A stretch of 64,000 nucleotides of DNA from Gekko japonicus (Eukaryota), in assembly GCF_001447785.1 (NCBI RefSeq), contig NW_015167085.1, positions 310,001 to 374,000 of the forward strand, in the 5' to 3' direction. The translations under genes were made by a program, and so were the position numbers. Below, one piece after another: positions 12,792 through 23,690 of this stretch; within the stretch, counting starts at the first letter, position 1, and the number at the start of each line of letters is the position of its first letter. The notes under the pieces were generated by a model, which had not been told where the DNA came from, did not search any database, and saw only the letters and a program-made list of their open reading frames with translations.

Positions 12792-14309
12792 CGCCTCCCA
12801 TCCTCATCCCATGGGCGTATCTCACTCCTTAAGTTCGCTGCCACCACTCACTGAATTGTCACTGGCTTTTAGAGGGACAGTGAGACCCCTTTGGCCAAAT
12901 CTCCCTATTTGGAGATGGAATCCTCAATCTTTGGGGGATCCCTGGAAAGTCGGCAACTCAAGGGTATGGCCTTTCCTTGCTTCCCTGGACTTCCCCCTCC
13001 CTTTGGTATTGTGCAGAGTGGGGGAGACTATGTGGTCAGAGCACAACACAGATTATTAGCCCAAATAAAAGAATTCATTTAACTATTTACACAATTATGG
13101 AGCACACACATGCTAAATGAATCAGGCAGAACTGTAGGAGTAAGCACACACTATGAACCAACAGGACATAAATCAACAGGGGTTAAACACAATCATCTTT
13201 CCGTACACACAAGACACTCTACCTCTGGAGGTTGTGGGCTCAGGATAGGATCTCTCCTTGGACCAGCCTGTGGCTCTGCTTCAGCCTCTCTCTCTTGTCC
13301 AAGAGAGCAGGGAAACTTCCATTCATTCCCTAGTCCAGCCGGCTGTGGAGTGGCTGAATTTCTGCTGCCTCCCAGGGTTCCCCCACATCTCTGGCTTGTG
13401 GCCTGGTCAGCACAGGCAGCAGGAGCCTTTCCTCACCTCCTGTAGGATGAAAACTGCCTCCTCCCTGGATGGGCTGGAGTCTATATTGATGCTGCCCCGC
13501 CCCTTTTTGGCCTTGGGGCAGCTGGGAACTGTAGGCCAGCAGATGAGGAAGCCCCATTTGACCCAGTGAGTGATACCTGCAGGCCCCTCTCTGGAACTAC
13601 AGCTCAATTAAACCTTATGGGAAACCATTTTAAACAAACAACAGATGGCAGCCATCTTTCAAACACTGCCATTTCGTTACACCTACCAACAGCCACTGAG
13701 GGGAAAGTTAGTCCCACACAGGAGGCAAGCAGGAGAAGCATCTTCATCAAAAGAGAAAGCTGATTGCCAGTAATTCTGACAGGGTACAGTGGTTGAAGGA
13801 GAAGTGGATGGGGAAGAGGAGCAAACCCAGCACCCGGCCAATGGCACGTGAGTACTCTTGAGTGGTGGCTGATGGGTCAGTGGCTGAGGAGTGCATTGCA
13901 CAGCCAATGGGAGAGTTGCAAAGTGCCACTCCGAAACACAGTTATATATTAGGAGAGATTAATGTGTAAAGTAACCCTCCGACTTGAGCTAAAAGGATGG
14001 GAAGAGCTCCTGCATTTGTTCATTATGGAACTTTAATTCACTCCTTATCACAACATTTATTACTAAAGTGAATGAAGTTGTTAAGCAGTCATTTTACAGA
14101 ATGATTGGGAAGTAAACCCACAGTCCTTCACACAGCTTGCTTGTGTCCAGAGGTAGCAATCCTAAGACTTTTTGCTTGTCAGAAATCAGTGGAGTTTATT
14201 TCTGAGTAAAACAAACAGAGCTATGTATTGAGCAGCAAGGATTATTTTAGATTACATTTTTATGAATCCAGATATATGTGCAGTGCCAGATCCCAAAAGT
14301 GTGTACCAT

Positions 14310-14687
14310 AATTTGTCACAAACTGGGCTTGGTTCATGGTTCGTGAACCTTGGTTTGTGCCATCCCATCCCCACAAACCTCCCATGAACCTTCCAGGTGG
14401 CTTTGGGAGGTTCGTGTGGTTCGTGTCTTGAGACAAGCTGCCACCGAGGCTTCAAGAAGGCATTTAAAGAGACTGCAGTCCTTCTCCAAGCCAGTGGCCT
14501 TCTGAGATCACTTGAGAGCCGTGCTACGGTGGCAGCGGCGCAGCTTGCAAAAGCCGTTTAAAGAGAAACCACTGCATCATGAACCATGAACCGATTATTT
14601 AAATGGACAGGTTTGTGGAGGTTTGTGGTTCACGAGACCCCATGAAGCTTCATGAACCTCTGTTTTCCCGGTTCATGCCCATCCCTA
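14310..14687. mobile_element. hAT-like MITE remnant with subterminal GGTTCG/CGAACC repeats
   Basis: Right end GGTTCATGCCCATCCCTA; many GGTTC(A/G)TG and (A/G)TGAACC repeats; left TIR not seen. Confidence 0.55.
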
Positions 14688-15027
14688 CCCCTAAACTCCT
14701 GAAGCTGGCATTCTCTGTGTGCATTTTCCTGTCAAGTTATAGTTTTGAGACAGTGTTAAAAACGGCTAAAAATCATGTATGGTAAACATATTTGACATGT
14801 TTATATATTATTGCATGCAACACTCCCCCCCCCCTTTTTCCTTTGCAACCAAAAATGGGGGGGAAGTAATCAGTCAGCTGCAACCCACGCCATTCAGTAC
14901 TCTCCCACTGATTAGACTGTTCTGCTTTATCACTGTTCCATCCCTAAAATATGGGCCGTTAACTAATTACCATATGTCTCACTTCCTTTATAACTCCATC
15001 TGACTTGCAGCTGCTGTTCAAGTAAGT

Positions 15028-15192
15028 ACATATAAAGCTGCCTTATGCTGAGTCAAACCAATCATCAGTCTAAGTCAGTATATTCAATTCTGGTTGACAA
15101 CAGCTTTCCATGGACTCAAGAAAAGAAAAATAGTACCTGAGATTTCCAGCAAGTAAGGCATGAGCTCTGTCAGTGAGCCATGGCCCCTTCCC
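15028..15192 (-). mobile_element. Degenerate Squam2-like SINE
   Basis: AAGCTGCCTTATGCTGAGTCAAACCA tail and CAGTGAGCCATGGCCCCTTCCC head in antisense. Confidence 0.55.
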
Positions 15193-15904
15193 AGTAGGGA
15201 ATATAGGCTGTAAAAACACTGGACTCAGGTTTGAATGCATTTTGAGTCAGACCAGGCACTCATACAGATTATCATTTCATGACACATTTTAACAAATGCT
15301 CTGTGTGTCTCAGAATCCTCTTTACTTCTTGGCAAGATGAAACAGATGATCCGTGTGATGAGACAGCTCATCCTGGGTTAGCCTGATCCTTTTGGGAGGT
15401 TGTCAGAATTACACATTATCTACAGACACGAAACTTAGCCATTATACACAGTACTGAAAAGTTGCCTTTTTCTAATTTTGCCTTCCATTTGTTCTTTAAA
15501 AAAATAGTTGCACATTTGCACAAGCTGTCATTATATTCTAACTGCTACCTTCAGTCGCATTTGAAGGACTCAACCCCTTACCTCTGGAAGCCATTCTCAG
15601 CGCCTGTTAAATTTCTGAGATATCCTCACATTTTCAAGCATTTCATAATATCCATATGGGCTAGAATCTTGAACTTAAAAGAATCAAAACTAACATTACG
15701 GGGATGCCAATACTGCCTGCAGTTTTACAGCTTGATAGGGTTCTGTCTCAGAAACACATTTAGGCAGTAAATCCTCACATCTCTCTTCTTTTAGTTCGTC
15801 CTCCAAATTCAGGGAGCTGGCTTGGCTTTCTGACTTTAGAATAATAACTTTTCTAACACTTATTCTTTCACTGTTACAGTGCTTGAAGAAACCTGAGGAT
15901 CACC

Positions 15905-15952
15905 ATGGGGAATCATGTTGGGAAACGTGATCAAAGTGCTGAGAAGCTAAAG
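15905..15952 (+). CDS. MBP: Golli-MBP first coding exon (Golli exon 2; exon spans 15880-15952), MGNHVGKRDQSAEKLK
   Basis: Pyrimidine tract and TTACAG acceptor ending 15879; Kozak CACCATGG; donor AAG|GTAAGA, phase 0; peptide matches the mammalian Golli N-terminus MGNH(A/S)GKREL(N/S)AEK. Confidence 0.92.
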
Positions 15953-16889
15953 GTAAGATATTTTGTTAGAAGCTGTGTCAATAGGCTGGAGCAGGACTCA
16001 GGAGATGCATCATATTAAAAAAAATACAAATGGAAATATTTACAGACATTCCATTCCTTGATGTTGATTGCTACAGAAATGCATGGTTGGTAAAAGTTTG
16101 ATAGATGTGGTTTCTTTCTTTCTGCTGCACAGAGACAGGATGTGACAAATGTTTCTCCTGCCATAGTGTTTTGAGTTCAAGAGGATCCTTTCCTCAGGAA
16201 ATGGATATAAAATTTGCTGCTAGTTATACTATTATTATTTTTAATTGAACACAATTGGGGCCTGGTAGAGATGTGATGGCATGGGGAATTTTGGAGAACA
16301 CTGAAAAACCTCTTTTGGAATGAGAGCAATTCTTTTTAAGACAAGGTTTTACTCATTCAGAATAGTAATTTTAAGTTAGACAATCTTCTGCATATATAGT
16401 GAAAAGTGAGGGACCCACAAGGACTTGCAGGTGGCATCTCATTTCCCCTCTCCCACTATTTCCTCTTTCTCTTCCCGGAAAGCACCCATAGCCCTGCTTT
16501 CCATCTTTCCCTCTGCCTGGCAGATTTTCCTAGGAAAATCATGGCTGAGGTGTGCAGTGCTTGCCACCAGACTCAGTTATATGGTGGGGAACCCCCAAGG
16601 ACATGCAACTCCCATATCATCCTGACAGCCCCCCATATACTTATTTTCCCCTGGTTTTTTCTCTCCTCCTCCTCTACCAATCAAGCTATCTTTTATCTGA
16701 GGAAGCATCCTTTGGCAGAAGGGTGTTGCAGCAGGTTTTGGATCTGTGACAAGTATTATGCCACCCAGCTTGAGCATATAACCAATTTAGATGACTTCCC
16801 CCACTGAAGGAAAATGAAACATTGGAACCTACCTGAAGATTTCTTCTATTCAGTGGGGCAAAGTCAGTCAATTCCCACCCATACAGAAA

Positions 16890-16890
16890 A

Positions 16891-16922
<32 letters not shown>

Positions 16923-16945
16923 CAGACAGACAGACACACACACAC
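16890..16945. repeat. (GA)n/(GACA)n/(CA)n compound microsatellite
   Basis: Seen directly. Confidence 0.9.
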
Positions 16946-17545
16946 AACATATGTTGATGGACATGTTTATTGTTTAAATATAACTAATTTTGCCAACACT
17001 TAGTGTTCTGTAATATGTTTGATAATACATTATTAAAGAATTCAGTACTTTCAATGGTATAAAATTTAACTTGATATCTAAATATGCTGGTATTCGTATT
17101 GTGGTATGAGACTATTTCTGTCATATGCCCCTTTGTTTAATTCATGTATTTCCTAATTTCAACTTTTATTTTTACCCTCCCTCTCACACATTAAAATACA
17201 CATGCTAAGGAAACAGAGTGCTGCAGATTGCAGCAATTTTGTTTGGTAGAAACCTAACATATTTATGCAGATAAATTCTATAAATATGCCAATTAGTATG
17301 ATTTTTAATGCTGAGCTATAAATGGTGCATTTTATGCTGTCAAACCAGTGACATACGTTTAGTTTTGATAAGAATGGCCTAAATTTCGTCTCAAAATTCT
17401 GTCCCGCCCCTCCTCTTCAACATTTTTGAACACTGTACATCTGTAGGTCTCTTTTCTTTTTCGATTGCTCAAGCATTCTCAAGACAAAACATAAAGTATG
17501 TCTGGGGCCTTTAAAGGGGGGGGGGGAAGAAGTATCCCACATTAA

Positions 17546-17758
17546 TAGGGTTGCCAACCTCCATATGGAACCTGGAGATCTCCCTCTATTACAGTTGATC
17601 TCCAGTTGACCAAAATAGTTCCCCTGGAGACAATGGCTGCTTTGGAGGGTGGGCTTTATGGCATTGTACCCCACTGAGGTCCCTCCCCAAACCCAGCCCT
17701 TCCCAAACTTCACCCCCAAAATCTCCAGGTATCTCCCAACTCAGAGCTGACAACCCTA
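17546..17758. mobile_element. Intact free-standing TAGGGTTGCCA hAT-like MITE (donor type of the Helitron cargo)
   Basis: TIRs TAGGGTTGCCA / TGACAACCCTA; flanking 8-mers CACATTAA/CACTCTAA (6/8). Confidence 0.8.
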
Positions 17759-19557
17759 CACTCTAAGAGTTCCTGACATAAACCTGTGACAAGCCACACT
17801 GTTCAGGAATTGCATTTGCATTAGTGCATGCAGAAGGCCCTGAACATCCAGTTTACAGCTTGTTTTGTTGTTGTTGTTGTTCATTAAGGATGGACCCACA
17901 AAAAGATTCCTTGCCCAGTTTACAAGTGTTAAAATACTTGTGATTGTATGACTGAGGCCCATAGAGAATGTGTGTTTGTTTGCTTCATTTCTTGGTCTAC
18001 TTCTGTATTTTACCGAAAGTATCTTTGGAGGGGGAGGTGTTTTTTCTTCTGTTTTCTTAGGAAGTGAGATTACTCCGGATTTAGAGGAAGTAAATTTAGA
18101 TTTTGTTTGTTTCCAGTTATTCCACGTTTTGTGACACCAAAGCATTGGGGGGGGGGGAACTGACTGAAATCCTCTGAAGGGAATTTAGTATATTGAGGCG
18201 GAACTGTTCTGCCTATTTTGTAGAGGTGGGAAGGAAAAATTAAAGAGTGTTAGCCAAGTATTTGTATATGAGTTTGACAGAAGGAGCTTGGAGACTTTTT
18301 AGGAGATGTGGAGAATAGTTTGGAATGGTTACATCTCAGAAGTGATCTGTGCATTCGGTAAAAGCATGTAGAGTAACACCTCTGCAACGACTTTCTAATA
18401 CCTAATGGCAGTCACACATTCCGTTGCACTCATGCAAAAAATTTTCAGGAGTCCTCCATGAATATCAAAAACTAGATTGTAAGCTAGAAGACTGGACTTG
18501 GGCATATTAGATTTCCACAGAAAGGGATCTTTTGACATGCATATCCTTTGCCTGAATTCAAAATCCAGGAACCTCATACTGTATATTTCTTCTAAGTGTG
18601 GACCCAGCTTTATATTTATTTATTTATTTAAAACTTTTCTGTGCTACCTTTCCACCCAGGTAGGGTCCCAAGGTGGCGAAAAGCAGGACATAAGTGGTCA
18701 ACAGAAAGTTTCAAGAGCATTTACAGTTCTCTGTGCCTATGAAAACTTGAATTGTCTGAACAGCTATGCTTGCCTAAGAGCAGCTTGCCTGTGTACACTT
18801 TCAGGAAAATATTTTCATAAGCTAGGCTTGAAAACCTATTTTTAATTTGATCTTTAAGATTAATACATTAAATATATCTTCATATGTAAATAGCTCTCCC
18901 TACCTATCTCACCAAAACAAAAAGGTTGAGCTATTCATTTGTAATGGAAGGTCTTCCATTTGTCCAAATTGAGGAATTAAGGGGGGGAAAGGTGAGAGGT
19001 TTGGGTGGTGGTGGGGGAGTGGTTGTGAAGAATTCATCAGGTTGTTTAGACTAGAAGTCCATCAAGACAACCTCCAAAGGATTCTTCTGGGTGATTAGGT
19101 GATACTGACCATAGCAGATAAACAACAGGACTCAAATGTTAGAACATTTCATTTTTAACTATTTCACTTCCCTATTTTTCCATTTGTGATGAGTAAGTCT
19201 TCACACACAATAAAATAAAACAGCTTGACCAACATGTGTGTCTTCAGGTTTGTTTGTTTTTAAGTAATATCAAGCAAAGCAAAGGAAGCATAGTCCTTGG
19301 ATTCTGGCTTCAACGCTACACTATGATTACTTCCGTGCAGAATTTTGTTCTACTTTGTCATCTAAACTGAGAGGGATGTTTTGTTTTGTTTTTCGGAGCC
19401 TACGTACATCATCATCTCCTAGTTGTCCACTTCCTAGGCTTTGTCTTGTTTTACTATGATCTTTCCCAAATATCTTTTTTTGTGGAAAATCACAGTCAAA
19501 GCATATTTGCATAATGTATAGATGGGGAGGTACACATTTTTTATAAGGTTCTGTCAC

Positions 19558-19763
19558 CAGTGTTCCCTCTAAGCCGAATTAGTGTGAGCTAGCTCACAGT
19601 TTTTTAGCCTCTGGCTCACACATTTTTGTCTTAGCTCAGGAAGGATGACTCCAGAGCAAACTAATTTATGCAGTAGCCAAATTACCCGCTCACAACTTTA
19701 ATGCCAGTAGCTCACAAAGTAGAATTTTTGCTTATAAGACTCCACAGCTTAGAGGGAACATTA
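19558..19763. mobile_element. hAT MITE, inverted copy of 3250-3455
   Basis: CAGTGTTCCCTCTAAGC...AGCTTAGAGGGAACATTA; full-length reverse-complement match; TSD not retained. Confidence 0.88.
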
Positions 19764-19911
19764 TTTTTCTTGCTCCAGCCCCCCCCCCCCCACTGCCATT
19801 TTCACTGTGCATCATCTGAGGCCTTTCCATTGTTTTAGAAAAATCAATAATTGCTTGACTGCTATGGTATTACAACACTGAACATCCATTACCACAATCT
19901 ACTAGTTTGCT

Positions 19912-21630
19912 ACTTCTTCAGTTGGACCCAAGAACCAGATCTGTGAGCTGTACAGCATGCATGGTATCTCTATGGTATTATATGTCTTCAGGAGCGCTGG
20001 CACATACTGAGCTCCTTGAACGTAAAAATACCCCTCATTAAGGCTAGTAGGGCTAAATCAGTTTTCTGTTTAAGATATTGAATGTGCTTGGACCATGATA
20101 AATTTGTTTGATCATCTCGTCTTCATGAACAGCATAATTTTGGATTTGTCCTCATTTATCTCCAGTTATTCATTGTTACAGGAAGTGATAAATGTATTAA
20201 TAGCATGTTTTAGGCCAACTTGGGTTCTAGAAAGCAGGACAAGGTCATCAGCGTATAACAGCACAGGCTCTGGTCAACTTTCCAGACATGGTGCATGGGT
20301 GGGTATGTTTTGTAAGCCTGGCACAAAGTCATTTAAATAGAGTTTGTTTGAGGTTAATTTTGAAATTTAACTCCGGTTCAAGGTTGTACTTTCTGTAAAG
20401 ATTTTCAAAGTGCTTTTCCCAGCCTGTTGTTACTATGGGGGTTACACTTGCAACATTGCTGTGTGGCTTCAGTTTTGGGGTAATTAAGCGCCAGAGGGAT
20501 GCATTGGGTTTCCCTTTGGCGGTTACTATTCTCTTGTCCCATACAGATTTCATAGTCAGGTGCTTCTTTTTCTTCAGTATGTTTTTATATTTCTGCATTG
20601 CCAGCAATAATGAGTGTTGAGCAGTGATTGTATTGCTATATATTAAGAGTTTATAGTGTTGCTTAATTTGATTTTTGGCCATCCTTCAGTCTTTGTTGAA
20701 CCAGCGCTTTGTGTGATGACAGGATTTGCTTCATTTTCTTTTCCCTTTTCTATTGTTTAGAAAGACAGGTTCAAAAAGTTTGGTAAATGATGACATATTT
20801 TCTGGTGTGAGTGACAGTCCTGCTCTGTCAGGATTTTCTCTTTTAGCATTTGTACTTCCATGGTATGAAGTATTTTATAGCAGCTTCAGCCAATCTCTTA
20901 GACCACTTTTGTTTGGAGGTCAATACTTTGGGCCCAATCTGGCCAGTATTTAGACTTGGTATCGTTTTGGTTGACACTTTGATAGAAATGGGAAAATGGC
21001 CACTTGTTCTCTGGGCATGTACTTTGAACTCCAGTTCAGCATGCAATCAATAACTCTTGCTCCTTGCGGGGAAATAAAGGTGTAACCTCCAGAGGGTTCA
21101 ACAGTGCTATTTCCATTTATAATAGCTAATGAGAGTTTGCAGACCATGTTCATCAGTTTAACCCCTGATCTGTTGATGCCCTTATCTTTGGAGTGGCACA
21201 TTCCTTCTGTAGTGTTGTGGTACAAAACAATTTCCCTCCAAAGTTTAGAGAGGAACAGTTCATTGTCATTTGCACCAATTCTAGCATTGAAGTCTCCCCC
21301 CCCCCCCCATCATAACAGTTTGTGGATGGCTGCTTTGTAAATCTAATAGGGATTCTTCTAAAGTGGCCCGTTGTCTATCAGTGTCAGTTTTGGAGGTTCT
21401 AGGAGGGAGATAGACATTTACCAGGATGCATTCTTTGAGTTATCTTTACTGCCATAGCCAGATTTGTAGGGCAGGGGGGAAAGGAGATGGTTTGCCCAAA
21501 ACTGGAGATAAAACAAAGTAAACCACCTGGGGGGCATCCTTTTAGCTATTCTGTGGGCAGACAGAAGAACTATAGGTCATAAGAGCTGCAAAGCCAGGAT
21601 TCTTGTATCATGATACAGTCAAAAATCTCA
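19912..21630 (-). pseudogene. RTE-X-like LINE, inverted 5' part (APE endonuclease plus internally deleted RT)
   Basis: Minus-strand motifs FDCIMIQESW, ILVNVYLPP, GDFNARIG, YTFISPQGARVID, WEKHFENLY, LYLNDF, VLLYADDLVLLS, MLYSSQIW; frameshifts and stops present. Confidence 0.8.
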
Positions 21631-22007
21631 ACACTAATCTGGAAGGCTGTAGCCAGTTTCGAGTACGGTCTATCAAACTCCAAAGACCTTCCAACCTTCA
21701 TCACACTGGCAGCACGTGAACGTTGCTGGTCAAAATGGAATGAAGCCATAGATATGAAAATAAACCAACTGGGCTTACGGAAGCCAAAAAATCTAACCAA
21801 AAGATGGCAAACTTTATTTACAGAGGAGCTGATTAAACACGACTGGGACACTCTTCAAAAGGATGCCAGACGAAAATGCTCCCCACTTCATCTGGAAATT
21901 AAATAGTCTACCAAATTTGACCCGCCTCTTTATCTTAACGTGCTGACATTCCCCAGACTGAGGTGGTCATATATGATTGCATGCTGTAATGCCTTTCCAA
22001 CAACCTA

Positions 22008-22692
22008 GTGGGAGAGGTGGCGCAGACTGCTTTAACAACTATGAACAGCCATTGTGGCTGTTCGAGAACCACCGCGGCCGGGGTGAGCGCCCGGCCCTAG
22101 TCCCAGCTTCCGCCCACCCAGCGGGTCAAAAGCAGTTAACAACCAAGCGAGTAGACGAATGGGGACCTACCCTTAGATGGGTAGGGGGCACCCTCCTCTG
22201 ACGAGGTGTGTGGAGACGGCACAGACGGCGGCAAAACATCGGTGGCGGCGGAGCTTCTGGTGGTGAAGGCAGATGGCGGCTGCAGCGGCGACAGAACGAT
22301 CCCTGGTGGCTAGCAGACCATCGTGCAGTCGACGACGGCAAAGGCGGAGACTGGGAGACGCCCGATGACGCGCAACGCAGGGCGCGGTGGAGCCTGAATC
22401 GGACAGAGCCGAGGTCAAGAAGCGGGGGGGAGTCGTGCGCCTGCACGGTCTCGCCAACAACAATCGTCCTGCAAAAATGCCAAGAGATCGCCTGGAAGAA
22501 AGCCACGCTGGAGCAACCAACAAGGCTCTCCACCTGGGTGCTGATAGGCTACCCCACCCCTATCATGTGGCCCAAGTCAGGGATTAAGGGTTATTAGAGC
22601 CACTATATATGTAAACCACCCAGAGACCCTCCGGGGTTAGGGCGGTATAGCAAGTTGAAAGTATAAATAAATAAATAAATAAATAAATAAAA
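22008..22692 (+). mobile_element. CpG-rich non-autonomous retroposon with an L2-type 3' tail
   Basis: Splits the RTE-X CNAFPT/KGRF motif; ends GTAAACCACCCAGAG...GGGCGGTATA...(TAAA)n. Confidence 0.6.
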
Positions 22693-22927
22693 TGAAGGGC
22701 CGTTTTCTCGCAACACCTTCAGACCAGTGCTATTGTGATTGCTGTCTGAAAGAACTTGACTCACTATCTCACGTTTTCTTCTATTTTCCAACACATGCAG
22801 CAGCAAGAACGAAATTCCTTAGGAAATGGATGCTGAAGTATTCAACCTTTTCTGATACTACAAGCCTAAGGTTGCGTTCAGACTGGCAGTTTGGCCCAAT
22901 ATAGGCACATTTTACAAATTGATTAAA

Positions 22928-23400
22928 TGGGCCCAGTCACACAGCTACATCTGTCAGGCATTCCCTGGGTGTACTCACCCCATCAGAGGATGACTTGGAG
23001 CCGGGTTAAAAAGCCACCACCTCCGAAGTGCTGTTTTTGTTTCCCCATGCATTCATTGCGCGGGGCTGGATGTCTGAACACAAGGGAGCACACGCTGAAC
23101 GGATTTGGTAGTCTGAACCTGCAGATCCGTTCTGCTAGGGAGGCAGGGTTTTTTTTAATTGCCTATATGTGCATGTGCACGCATGCGCACTATGTGCGCA
23201 CATGGATTTCGGATTTTTTTTTTTGCAGTTTGCTATGTGGTTGAGGCGCCACAATAATGTGGATGCTTTATTATGAGATGTCTCCATGGGTAACCCACAG
23301 CAGGGTGTGCTGTGTGGCTGATATATCCCACTGCATTTTAACCCAGTTCAATTAGAGGCAGCACCATATCGTGCCAAGCTGCCAGTGTGATCACAGCCCA
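22928..23400. mobile_element. Older foldback MITE related to 9519-9977, nested in the RTE-X 3' region
   Basis: Ends TGGGCCCAGTCACAC / GTGTGATCACAGCCCA; central GTGCATGTGCAC..GTGCGCACATG. Confidence 0.5.
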
Positions 23401-23690
23401 TGACTACTCTTAAGCAGTCTCTGCAAAAACTGTATAGTAGACATGGCAAATTTCTGTTTTACTGTGTTTTTAAACTCTTAAATTTTCTTTACGGTGCATG
23501 GCCATTGGGCTAATAAGTCTAAATAAACTTGACTAGTTTGCTGAATCCTCAGTTTTCATTTTTTAAAGTAATTTTCTAGACCTTTCCAGTGTGGAGATAC
23601 TTCTGCAGCAAAAAAGGGTAGAGACTTTGTAATGGAAGGTGGGAATTCAAAGCAACCTCTATATCATTGCAATAGAGCTTTATAATACTA

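Larger units (their letters stand above)
11636..13958 (-). mobile_element. Non-autonomous Helitron (copy A) carrying captured hAT-MITE and SINE fragments
   Basis: Minus strand starts A|TCTCTCCTAATATATAAC and ends with a hairpin (CCGTTGT..ACAATGA on +, CpG-decayed) then CTAG|T; AT target, no TSD; its terminal ~100 bp is homologous to 23691-23796. Confidence 0.75.
21631..23531 (+). pseudogene. RTE-X-like LINE, 3' part in sense orientation (C-terminal domain and 3'UTR), interrupted by two insertions
   Basis: Plus-strand ..WNEAIDMKINQLGL.., CNAFPT..KGRF..CYCDCC..DSLSHVFF (Cys/His C-terminus); tail GCTAATAAGTCTAAATAAACTTG; TSD ACTAGTTTGCT at 19901-19911 and 23532-23542. Confidence 0.75.

Noticed and set aside
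13010-13601. Solo LTR inside Helitron A
   Set aside because: TG...CA ends are plausible but there is no TSD or second copy; not called separately
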